A stretch of DNA of 64,000 nt, from positions 72,850,001 through 72,914,000 of the forward strand of contig NC_083278.1 in assembly GCF_963506605.1 (NCBI RefSeq), written 5' to 3'. Position numbers and translations under genes: made by a program. Positions 26,301 to 38,300 of the stretch are shown piece by piece. The notes beneath the pieces are model-generated. The model ran no database searches, was not told the DNA's origin, and saw nothing but the letters and a program-made list of their open reading frames with translations. This DNA comes from Zootoca vivipara. Its lineage: Eukaryota. Within the stretch, counting starts at the first letter, position 1; each line of letters starts with the position of its first letter.

Positions 26301-29300
26301 TACCATGTCCTGCCAGGCTTCGTTGGCTCTTCCGTTTCTGTTTTCTCTTTTTCTCCCACTTCATTGGCCTCCACCCACTAAATGGCTGAGAGCTGAGAAA
26401 ATGCTCCCCCCCCCAGGTCGTTCTTTTCTACCCCCCCTGGTTGCACCTTTGCTCCACCCCACAAATGCCCACCATAGAGAACTGACTCTATGCAGCTTTT
26501 TTATCTCTCCCAAACGCTGGACTTCTGGCGCTTAATCTTTATTCCCTCCTCTACAGGTCCTACACTTATGTTCTCCTTGCCTTTCTGACACATCCACATG
26601 GATGTGGTGGTAAATTTTGACGTGCAGGAGCGCATCAGGACAGCCCCTCTAGCCATGCGCCCAGGGAGAGTCCAGAAATGCAGGAAGCTGTGTGATCCAC
26701 TTTTATATTAGCTGCCCAGCCTACAACAGCGAGCTGTCCTCATTCTCTGTCTTCCACCATGGCTGCTGTGGAAGGACGTGTGGATCCAAAATTGGCCTCC
26801 ACAGTCACTTACGGACTCACTGTTAAAACCGTGTTTATGGAAGTGATCGCCAAAGAAGAAGAAGAAACGCATGATGCCTTTAGAGCGCATGCAAAAGTTC
26901 TGTTCCTCAAAGGTTCCAGATGCTGTAGTTTGGGACGCTTTGCAAAAGGAGGCGGGGAACTCTGTGAGGGGTAAACTACAGTGCACAGTATTCCTTGGGG
27001 GAAATAATGTGTTTTGAATATGCTTTAAAAATATAGTGTGCCACGGGATGAACATCTGAATACTGCATTACTTTTAGTGGAACACACTTCTGTGTGTCCA
27101 TATTCTGTCCCAAGTGGTGATGCAAAAATGCACGCTACAAAAATTGGATCAATGCAGAAGTTTTGCCAAGTATTCCAAGTGGGCAATGTACTATGCAATA
27201 TGCTGTAGGAAGGCAGAGAATGTTGGCCCTGTTGTCTAGGCAGCGACATTGTTCAGTATTGCCTCTCCCCACCTTCAGTGTGAGCAGCATGGATTTAGGG
27301 TGGTACGGGCAGTTCCCCACCACAGGGTGCCAAGCCGAGGGGGAACAATAGCAGCAACAGCAGCAACCTATACGTATTTATACGGGTACCTACTCAAAGT
27401 TGAGGGGGTGCAAAATGTTGTCCTTGCTCAGGGTGCCATATTACCAAAGACTGGCCATGAGTGTCAGGGCAACATCATACTGTGTAGCCTGAGTGATTAT
27501 ATCATGCAGTGACATGTTGTTACATGTTATCCTGGATTAGCTATGGTCCATCAGGGTTAACTGTGAGGAGACCCTTTCAAAGGCCGCTTTATCTTAATTT
27601 ATATCTGCTGTACAGATTCCCTTTAAATTAGGTACTGTGAAATGCGCCTGATGTTAAGCTGATGTCTCATATAAGTATTTCACAAAGTATCCATGTTTAT
27701 TGTGGGCAGAATGCTTCCGAGTACCAGTTTCTGGAAACTCCAGGAGATGGGAGGGGTCTTGTGCTAGGGTTTCCCACAGGCATTTGGTTGGCCACTGTGA
27801 GAACAGGATGCTAGATTAGATGAGCAATTGGTCTGATCCAACAGGGCACTTCTTATGTTCTTGATACTAAGAATTCTCCAGTTAGACTGCTAAAATATAA
27901 GAAGCTGAAGTATTTTATAAAATGTTAATTTTATAATCCTTGCATCATTTTTTCCCATTTATTAAACGGCTTATATTTTCCCCCAGCTGCTGTTGGCTTT
28001 CTGACAGTTTCCAGTGTCATCACAATGTCTGCCCCTTTTTTCTTGGGGAAAGTAATTGATGTCATCTACACAAATCCCACTGGTGAACTTGCTGACAACC
28101 TAACCAATCTCTGTGCCTTGCTGAGTGGAATATTTTTATGTGGTGCTGCTGCCAATGCAATCCGTGTCTACCTCATGCAGATTGCAGGTAATTGGAATGG
28201 ATACCTAAAATGATCTTCTGGAAAATGGAACAAGTGGCTGAAAGTAGCTCCAGACTAATAGTTGCATATTTAAAAGCCAGTGGTTAGGGATGGTGGGAGT
28301 TGTAAGCCAGAAACATTTGGAGGGCCACAGATTCCCCACCCTTTGGTCTCTGGGTTCCTTTCCTATTATACAAACTGAAAATGTATATACTCCAGGGTAT
28401 GAAAAACAGCTGTTGGACAACATCCAGTCTGGAAGCATGCTAACCTCCACTGGAAGGGGTTAGGAACAGTCGGAGGTCTCCCTTCCCTGGTTTCCCTGGT
28501 TTCATCCAAGCCGGCCCATTGGTGGTTTGGAAGCAGCCAATGTAAGGCCTCCAAACAGGGCATATGTAGGGTGGGAGCAGAGCAGGGCCATTGATGGATC
28601 CACAGACTTTTTGTTGGTGCCAATAAAGGGTTTGCCCAACTACAGTGGAACCTCGGTTTATGAACACCTCGGTTTATGAATTTTCGGTTTATGAACGCCG
28701 CGGACCCATCTGGAACGGATTAATTCACTTTCCATTACTTTCAATGGGAAAGTTCGCTTCAGTTTATGAACGCTTCAGTTTATGAACAGACTTCCGGAAC
28801 CAATTACACCCATGTTTCAGTTTATGAACGCTTCAGTTTAAGTACTCCGCGGACCCGTCTGGAACGGATTAATCCACTTTCCATTACTTTCAATGGGAAA
28901 GTTCGCTTCAGTTTATGAACGGTTACTCCGCGGACCGTCTGGAACGGATTAATCCACTTTCCATTACTTTCAATGGGAAAGTTCGCTTCAGTTTATGAAC
29001 GCTTCAGTTTATGAACAGACTTCCGGAACCAATTGTGTTCATAAACCGAGGTACCACTGTATAGATTGTGGAGGTCCCCGGTCCCCCCCCCGCATGGGTC
29101 AATAGAACTACCTTTGCTTTTCACAATATACAGTATAGTCATACCTCGGTTTAAGTACGCTTTGGTTTGAGTACTTTCAATAAGTTCTCCACGGACCCAT
29201 CTGGAACGGATTAATCTGCTTTCCATTACTTTCAATGGGAAAGTTCGCTTCAGGTTAAGTACGCTTCAGGTTAAGTACAGACTTCTGGAACCAATTGTGT

Positions 29301-32300
29301 ACTTAAACCGAGGTATCACTGTACTCTGAAATGCACAATTAAATTTCTTTGAAACATTGTAATAGTATGAATTGCCTTTCTCTGCCTAAAGATAAGTTTC
29401 TTCTCCTAAGTTATGCAAAAACTACTTCATCTTATAATTGAATACGGTATTAATTTCTGATCCAAATATTTAACAATAGCAAACAATACAACCCATATCC
29501 TCCATTCTCCCTATATGCACACACACGAGCACACCATTCTGTCTCTCCTCATTTATGATACAAGATCTGTTGCAAAATAACTTGCAATTAGTGAAGTTGC
29601 CAATTTATTCTTTATATGTGAATTCTTTTCAGTGAATTGTCATACTTCTTGACCCTTCTAGGACAAAGAATTGTGAAACGGCTGAGAGCAACAATGTTTT
29701 CCTCTCTCTTGAAACAAGAAGTAGCTTTTTTTGACAAAACCAGCACTGGAGAGCTGATTAATCGCTTATCATCAGACACGGCACTCTTGGGTCGTTCAGT
29801 CACTGAAAACCTTTCTGATGGGCTAAGAGCTGGTGCTCAGGCTTCAGTTGCAGTTGGGATGATGGTATGTTTCTTATTTCTTTCTCTGTCTCTCTCTGTG
29901 TGTGTATTCTGCCGGCTCAGGATGTTTAGGTTGAGGTTGCAAAGATCAGGAGTCCACCTGTGAAGCTGTTTTGTTTGATACAGGATACATATACAGTGGT
30001 GCCTCGCTAGACGAATTTAATTTGTTCCACGGGTCTTTTCTTATAATGAAAAATTCATCTAGAGAATCCCATAGGAATGCATTGAATTTTTTTTGCCCAT
30101 AGGAACACATTAATTTCAATGCATTCCTATGGGAAACCGTGATTCACTAGACGAATTTTTCGTAAAACGAATTCGTCTAGCGAGGCAACCTCCACTAGAA
30201 AAAACCTTTCGTTAAGCAGAAGTTTCGTTAAGCAGGGCATTCTTTAAGCGAGGCACCACTGTACTAAGAATGCCTTTAAATATATCTGGTGATATATTTG
30301 TTTGTTTGTTGGGTAATTCTACTTTCTATTGTGACTTGTGATGCAAATGGATCATGCAACTTGGGTGGGGTTTGAGTCATTTGCCTGTAGTGAATGATAA
30401 CAGTTGCAGTACGGCTCCAAATGTATCCCTGAACAGCAGGGATTGAAATATTTCCCTTCAGTTGCTCCCCATCTTGCTTGTTAAAAGGAAATCTCATTGT
30501 GTTAACATGCCTTTAATTTATAGATCTAGCAGTGTCTATTTAATTGTACTAAAATATTGATTCAAGGTTACTTCTTTTCCTTCTAGTTTTTTGTGTCTCC
30601 CAATCTTGCCACATTTGTTCTGAGTGTGGTGCCACCTCTGGCTTTTGTGGCTGTTATTTATGGAAGATATTTACGAAAACTGACTAGAATGACACAGGAT
30701 TCCCTTGCAGCATCAACACAGGTCAGTTACTACATGTTAAAATAAAAATACTGAAAGTTAGTGTTGAGGTTATATCACTCTGCACTTTGCCATTATTCAG
30801 CAATTTCCCACTAGTTCTCAGCTGTCTCTTGATAAAGGTTCAGTTAAGGAAAATGAGGTAACATCAGGCATGGATTGTGGAAGATGAAGCAACAGGGATG
30901 TTGCAAGCTTTCTATTCCCCTTTTCAACTGAGAGTGAAGTCCTTTTTTCTTATTATGGTATACAACAGTTTTCTATGTAACTTTTCTTTGTAGGTGTCAT
31001 GGTAGGGTTTGTATATATTGTCTCTTAACAAGGTTTAACAAATGGAGGCCTGCATCAGCATTTTGTGTGGATGGATCTGCACTGACCTTGTGTTATTGGC
31101 CTGTTTCAGGTGCCATGTTAAACCATAGTTGAAAATAAAGGGTGGCTTAATAAGAACAAGCAGCATGCTGGGGGGATACTGCTCAGTAGTGCCTGCTTGG
31201 CTCATTTGACACCTATATTTGTGGCTTGTTTGGAGAGAAACTATCAGTGCTGGTTCACACATAATGCAAAACCAGCCTCTGGTTTGCTTCCCTCCTGGGA
31301 TGGCAAAGACAGAAACAGAGGAGGAGCAAAGCAGGCACTATTGAGCAGGGGGGTAAGCTCACTGCTTGTTCTTGTTAACATATTTTAAACTATAGTTTAA
31401 TATGAACTAGGCCACTGTATAACTGCCCTCTGTGGCCTGTGCTACAGTGCTTTTCCCCAAGCCCCATATAGTACTGGGGCTTAGCCTTAGACTATGTTCC
31501 AGCTCCCTTTTACACAGGAACACGAAGAGGCAAAAGTTCAGGTATGTCTTTTAAACCACGACATCACATGCTAAATGCTTCTAGCATACGGCTAGTGCGT
31601 CTAGTACTTAAAAGCAATTAGAGCAATGGTTCCCAACCTTTTTTTGGCCATGCCCCACCTAAGCATCTCTAAAATCCTGATGCCCCCTCCCCCCGTGACA
31701 TATAATTCTTACTATTCAAAAAGCCAACTCGTATTCATGTGGAGGAAGCCTAAAAGGCCATTCACTGTTAATAACTCATTCTCGAATTGCCCCCCCCTTA
31801 AAAATCAAATTGCCCCCCCTGTTGGGAAACACGGAATTAGAGGGATCACATTTACGATTGTATGTTGGTTTGGGGCACATGAAATTCAAGCCTCCTGGAT
31901 TATATCTATATATTTTAAATGTTAACTGCAGTTAGCAGAAGAACGGATTGGAAATTTAAGAACAGTTCGAGCTTTTGGGCAAGAATTGAAAGAAATGGAG
32001 AAATACAGGAGCAAAGTTGATCATGTGTTACAGTTAGCCAAAAAGGAAGCGTTAGCTCGAGCAGGATTCTTTGGAGCAGTAAGTATATGAAGAAGGTGAG
32101 GAATCCACAATGTTTCTGTAATGTCCCTGGGTTTCTCTTGTATATTTACACTGTTGCTTTGATATAGGCACCTTCATTATCGGATTTTCCATCTGTAAAT
32201 AGCGTATCACAACGCCCCTACAGAAAATTATTTACACATCTAGCTGGGAGTTGCACCTCAGGCCATGTATCACTTTTTTGTTTTGTTCTGTTCTGTTTAC

Positions 32301-35300
32301 AGAAGCTTTCCTTCCTTGTTAGCATTAACTGTGACCAAGGCACTTCTTGGAGACCTCTGCCACTAGCTGCTCCAGAGAATTTTCAATTGACCCTGATTTT
32401 AATAGGAACACTGGGGGGGGGAGTGGATATCAGAGCGCATTCAGTGGAAATTCAGGGTATATGCTGCATGAGTATGGCAGCATTTCCCCTTTAAACTACC
32501 CTTCTGCCTATTGTGAGCTTCCTTGTTCGTATAATGTAAACAGGGACTACGGATATATTTCCTAAGAAAATTGGTTGAAGACATTTACATGGGTTATGTT
32601 TTCCTTTCTGATAAGAGAAGATGTAATCCCAGGGTGGGTAGAGCAGGCAGTGGATTGGATCATAAGCTGCCTTGTGAGCCAGACAATTGGTCCATCTAAC
32701 TCTGTGCTTCCTGCACTGACTGGCAGCAACTCTCCAGGATTTCAGGCAGGAGCTTTTCTGAGGCTTGTCAGGAGACATGTTGGACCTTCTCTGTGCAAGG
32801 TAGATGCTCTACCACTGATCTTGGTCCTTCACACCAAACTCTTCCTGCAACAGGTCCCAACAACTTCAAGAAGAATAGACATAGAACTGCCAGGGGGGGG
32901 GGATTTCTTTGCATGAGTGGAAGTGCCTTCTGCTAGCGCAGGGGCTCCTTTGACTCAAAATTAAGATTTATTTGGCTTTCTTTGGAGACCTTCTGAAAAG
33001 TTTGGGAGTACTGAAGATAATAGTTGCAGTCCTAAAGATGCACTCCAAACATAATAGACTTCATGTACTGAATGTGCTTCTCCAATTTGCTTCTGTCATG
33101 TGTATTTTGACTACCCTTCACGTGTCCAGTTGATTCTTTTAGAAGAATGTGATGAAAGAATTGATGTCTTCACTCTTTTAATTTTGGCAATATGGGTACC
33201 AAGGATGCTTTTTTCAAATAAATGACTTTATTTTAAGATTTTAGATAAATGTTCTCAAACATGAGATAATTTCAGAAGATGCTGCTATGAAGGTTTGGAT
33301 TATCTTGGAAGATATGTTACTTTTTCTTTTTCAGACTGGGCTATCTGGGAATTTGATTGTGCTCTCTGTTCTGTACAAAGGAGGATTACTGATGAGCAGT
33401 GCCCACATGACTATTGGTGAACTGTCCTCTTTCTTAATGTACGCCTTCTGGGTTGGCATAAGCATTGGAGGTATGGATCATAAAATATATGCTTAAAAAG
33501 AATGAGTTAGAAATATTATAGTCAAGATTCAGTTTAGAAGTAGAGACATGGTAAGTGTTTATAAAATCATTCATGGTGTTAAGGAAGTGGGTAAAGTGGG
33601 TTTATCCCTCATCATACCAGAACTTGGGGTTATCCAATGGAACTTATTGGCAGGAAATTCAAGAAAGACAAAGGAAAGTACTTCTTTCCATAGCACACAA
33701 GTAATTTATGGAACTTTGCTGCTACAAAACATGGTGGTGGCCACCAGTTGAGACAAATCCATGGAGAATATGTCTGTCAAGGACTACTAGTCATGTTAAC
33801 TATATGCAACCTCCAGGATCAGACAGAGTATGTTACTACACACCAACTGCTGGGAGATAGCAACAGTTGCTCTCATGTCCTGCTAGATGGACCCTTGGCC
33901 TGATCCAGCAGGGTGGTTCTTTTGAAAGGTTCTTTAAAGTATAGTTAACTTTACTTAAAAGGAAAAAATAGTTTTCCAGTGCTGGGGTGTGTTTACCTTC
34001 TTCAAAAGAGAGGGAAAAGCAGTGCCCTTGCAGAATGACTACTCTCTGCCAAGAATACCCTAGTCTTAGATTTCAATTTTATTTAGGTGTACATGCTAGC
34101 TATTTAGAAGTGGGTTGGCAGAGTTTATTCTGTCAAACATGCAAAACTTGTTTTTCAGGCTGAGCAGTCATGAAGCAGTTAGAATAAGGATTCAGGCATG
34201 GAGGTTATGCCAATCTATTTCATAACAAACTACCTGTCCTGCATGTTCCTGTTTGTACATAACAATACTTTTTCTTGTTTAGGTTTAAGCTCTTTCTATT
34301 CGGAGCTAATGAAAGGATTAGGTGCAGGAGGGCGTCTGTGGGAACTTATGGATCGAAAGCCACAACTTCCTTTTAATGGTACGGTAGGTTCTCTGTTTCA
34401 TAAATGTTTAAGCTGTGGTGTTAGCTCCCTAACCCGGAACGCCATCTTACAGCAGAATTTCCCATCAGGGCTGGTTTTCAGGTATATATATAGATGACCC
34501 GCGGGTCTCTTGCAACTCTGCAATTCTGTGATTTGCCAGGGATGTTGCTGATTACCTCAAGCCTGACTCTGTATGGTCCTTTTTCCCTTTGTGTGTTTGT
34601 TCCATTTAGGGGTGGACTGAAATTCCCTCCACAATTTATTATTTATACCCCACTCATCTGGCTGAGTTTCCCCAGCCACTCTGGGCGGCTCCCAATCGAG
34701 TGTTAAAAACAATACAGCATTAAAATGTGTGTGTGCTTTCCTTACTCTAAGACAAGGTGTCTGAGGCTTTCTTCTGTGTTTCGCACTTTAAAAAAAGCCT
34801 TACTGGCTTCTGACTGCAGCCTGCAAAACCCTTAAATTTTCTAGCCATGTTTTCTCTTCCTGCCTGTGGCACATCCCCATAGAAACAACACTATGTGTTT
34901 CCATAGGGATCTGGCACAGATGGAAAGAGGATATACAATAGGAAAACATGCAAGAGTCTTGCCAACTGTGATCAGTGAGACCCTTTTCAAAAAGGTAAAA
35001 AAAAACCAGAATATCCTTAGCTATGTTGTGTTTCTTCTTCTTTGGCGATCACTCGTATCCGAGTAAGATTGTCTTCCATAAACACTGTTTTAACAATGGG
35101 TCCGTAAGTGACTGTGGAGACCAATTCTGGATCCACACATCCTTCCACAGTGGGGACATTGGTTTCCAGGCGGGAGTTGATCACGGTGTGGATTTAACAA
35201 GTGTGCCTTCCTCTTAGCACGTTTCTCCCTTGCTTCCTGGGATCGAGTGTCTTCAAAGCCCATGACACCTTTGGTAAAGGCTGTTCTCCAACTGGAGCGC

Positions 35301-38300
35301 TCGCAGGCCAGTGTTTCCCAGTTGTCGGTCTTTATACTACATTTTTTTAGATTTGCCTTGAGACAGTGTTTAAACCTCTTTTGCTGACCGCCAGCATTAC
35401 GCTTTCCATTTTTAAATTCGGAATAGAGTAGTTGCTTTGGAAGATGATCATCAGGCACCCGCACATGACCAGTCCATGTTGTGTTTATAGTAAGGGAAGC
35501 CACACACACCCACACACGAAATTTGAAGGCATTTCCCCCACCCATCCCTTATGTGTATATTGTCTCTCGTCCCTCCAAATATATGAGAAGAATGAACTAA
35601 ACATATCAGCCCAGCTCTTCACCAAGTTCTGTCCCTATTATATGACCCATTCTCTGTCTTTGGTGCTGCTATTGGTGCTGCTATTCCCTTGGGAGAAAGT
35701 GGGACTAACTACCGGTACCTAGTCCAGCTAGGCCATAAGCAGAATAAGCCACTGGGGATTTTTAGAGTGTGCGATTGCTAAGGTACTTAATTCCCAGAAA
35801 GAACACAGCTAAGGCTCGTGCCCAATTCCTCTATGATCAGACTGATCCAGGTTGCCTTATAGATAACATTTAAAAATGAGCAAATCTGTATAACTCTTAA
35901 GAAGAGTCACAGCAGATAACCTGTGCCCCTTATTTTGATTTTTTTGATGGCACAACTGAATGTAATGCACATAGATGCATCTTACTTGCACAAATATTGG
36001 GTTCCTCTTCAGTCATAAATGTGTTTATATTACTGCAATTTTAATTGTTGTTGTTGTTGTTTGTTTTTTTTTAAGAGGGAATGGTATTAAACCAGGATGC
36101 ATTCAAAGGTGCTCTGGAGTTCAGAAATATCCAATTTGCATATCCAGCTCGTCCAGAAGCATTGATTTTTCAGGACTTTACCCTTAGCATCCCATCGGGC
36201 TCTGTAATGGCATTGGTTGGCCCAAGTGGCTCTGGCAAATCGACTGTTGTCTCTCTCCTGCTTAGGCTTTATGATCCAATCTCAGGTAAGAATGAGGGTA
36301 TACAAGGTCAGCAATTGTGTTAGATGCAGTTTTGCATTCAGAATAGAATGCAAAAATGCTGGTCTCCTGTTCACAATATGCAGAGTCTGCTTTGCTTCAG
36401 CAAGGTGGCAGCCCCCTGGGTCTTCAGACTATTACAAATTATTAAGATCCAGAGCAACCTTATCCAAGTCTTCCAAAGCATAGGCAAATAAATGTGATTT
36501 TAGTAGGCGACACGAGGAGACAGTTCCATTCAGGGTAAAATTGCCAAGAAGGCTATACAGTAACCTCTGTGGCACTTAAGCATTCCCTCTGCTATTATTT
36601 CTCATTCTCCTGAGTCTCCTATTTCTCCCTCTGTTCCTAGAATATTATCTAACAACCATCTCTTGTTCAAGGAAGCATCACTGTTGATGGTGTTGATGTT
36701 CGTCAGTTAAATCCACTCTGGTTCAGGAATAGAATCGGAACAGTAAGCCAGGTAAGAAGAGAAGCAGTGATTCTTTGTATATTTATCCAATTCTTGCACT
36801 CCTTGTGAAAGGAAGGTTCTTACTGCAATGCTCCATTCTAAGCTTTGGACAAAAGCCTGAGAACACTCCTTCTATATTCCTATAGAGTATAGGGATACTT
36901 CCTTCTATATTCCTATAGAAGGAATCGATTCACTGCCGTACAAAATGTTTAACCACTGCAATTGGTAGAAAATATTAAGACTTCAGATAAAAAAAAATCT
37001 CATATGAAAATGTTGTGTTTTACACGTTAGGAACCAGTTCTGTTCTCATGCTCTATTGCTGAAAACATTGCCTATGGTGCAGAGGACCCTTCTACAGTAA
37101 CTACTGAAGAAATTGAGAGAGTTGCTGAGATAGCAAACGCTGCTAGTTTTATCCAAAACTTTCCAAACGGATTCCACACTTTAGTGGGGGAGAAGGGTGT
37201 TCTTCTTTCAGGTATGACTTCGAACTTTTCAAAATGCATTGTGTAATACAGTATATGTGCTTTTAAAATATAATTTAAATTTTGTTAATATCCCAGGGAG
37301 GAGCAAAGAGGCCATGGTCTCTTCTCCATGGGCCCACATGCTTATACATTTGCACTGACTGATAATTTGGTTTAGCGTGACAAACCAGGCCACTGTCTGT
37401 ATTTTATGCATTCTATTCTCTTTGACCTGACTGTTTACAAGTCTCCCTTTATCTAACCTGCAAATTAGGATAGCACTATATTATAAACAAAGAAATGAAT
37501 TATTATTACAGCAGGATAGCTTAGTTGGTTAGAGCATAGTGCTGATCATGCCAAGGTTGCAGGTTCAATCCCCTTAAAGGACAGCTGCATATTCCTGCAA
37601 TGCAGGGAGTTGGGCTAGATGATCCTTCCAACTCTATGATTCACTTACATTAAATGACGATGTGAACCCTAGCCCCCCAAACTTATGCTTTTATAAATTT
37701 GCTAGTTTCTAAGGCAGTGATGTTTTGGGACTACAACTCCCATCATCCCTAGCTATCAGGGCCAGTTGTCAGGGATGATGGGAATTGTAGTCCCCAAACA
37801 GCTGAAGGGCCAAGTTTGGCCATCACTGCTCTAAGGCATGGATAGGCAAACTAAGGCCCGGGGGCCGGATCCAGCCTAATCACCTTCTAAATCTGGCCCA
37901 CGGATGGTCCAGGAATCGGCATGTTTTTACATGAGTAGAATGTGTGCTTTTATTTAAAATGCATCTCTGGGTTATTTGTGGGGCATAGGAATTTGTTCAC
38001 CCCCCCCCCAAAAAAAATAGTCTGGCCCCCCACAAGGTCTGAGGGACAGTGGACCGGCTCCCTGCTGAAAAAGTTTGCTGACACCTGCTCTAAGGTGTCC
38101 CAAGACTGTTGTTTTGCTGCAACTCACTCATACAGCTACTCCTCTGGAAAGCTTTAAAATGTAGTCCTCCTTGCAGAATTAGTGGAGAGCAATTAATCCT
38201 CCTGCATTTAACTAAGAATTTCCATAAAGAGAAAAAAACAGGATTTTTTTAAAAAAGTTACATTTTTTAACAGGTGGACAGAAGCAACGGATTGCAATTG

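Noticed and set aside
25418-26535. Many long overlapping ORFs on both strands (likewise at 5869-7192 and 44001-44553)
   Set aside because: Stop-codon scarcity in CpG islands. Only the frame from 25833 splices into ABCB10.
28643-29059. Regularly recurring repeats resembling a CRISPR array
   Set aside because: Units are internal duplications inside TA-flanked TIRs, with no unique spacers and no cas genes, in vertebrate DNA.
36867-36920. 20-bp direct repeat TCCTTCTATATTCCTATAGA with small palindromes
   Set aside because: Consistent with a simple local slippage duplication. No functional signal.
37510-37580. tRNA-like sequence (also 50800-50875 and ~3460-3533)
   Set aside because: These are SINE heads that continue into SINE bodies and tails. 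No intact cloverleaf or acceptor stem.
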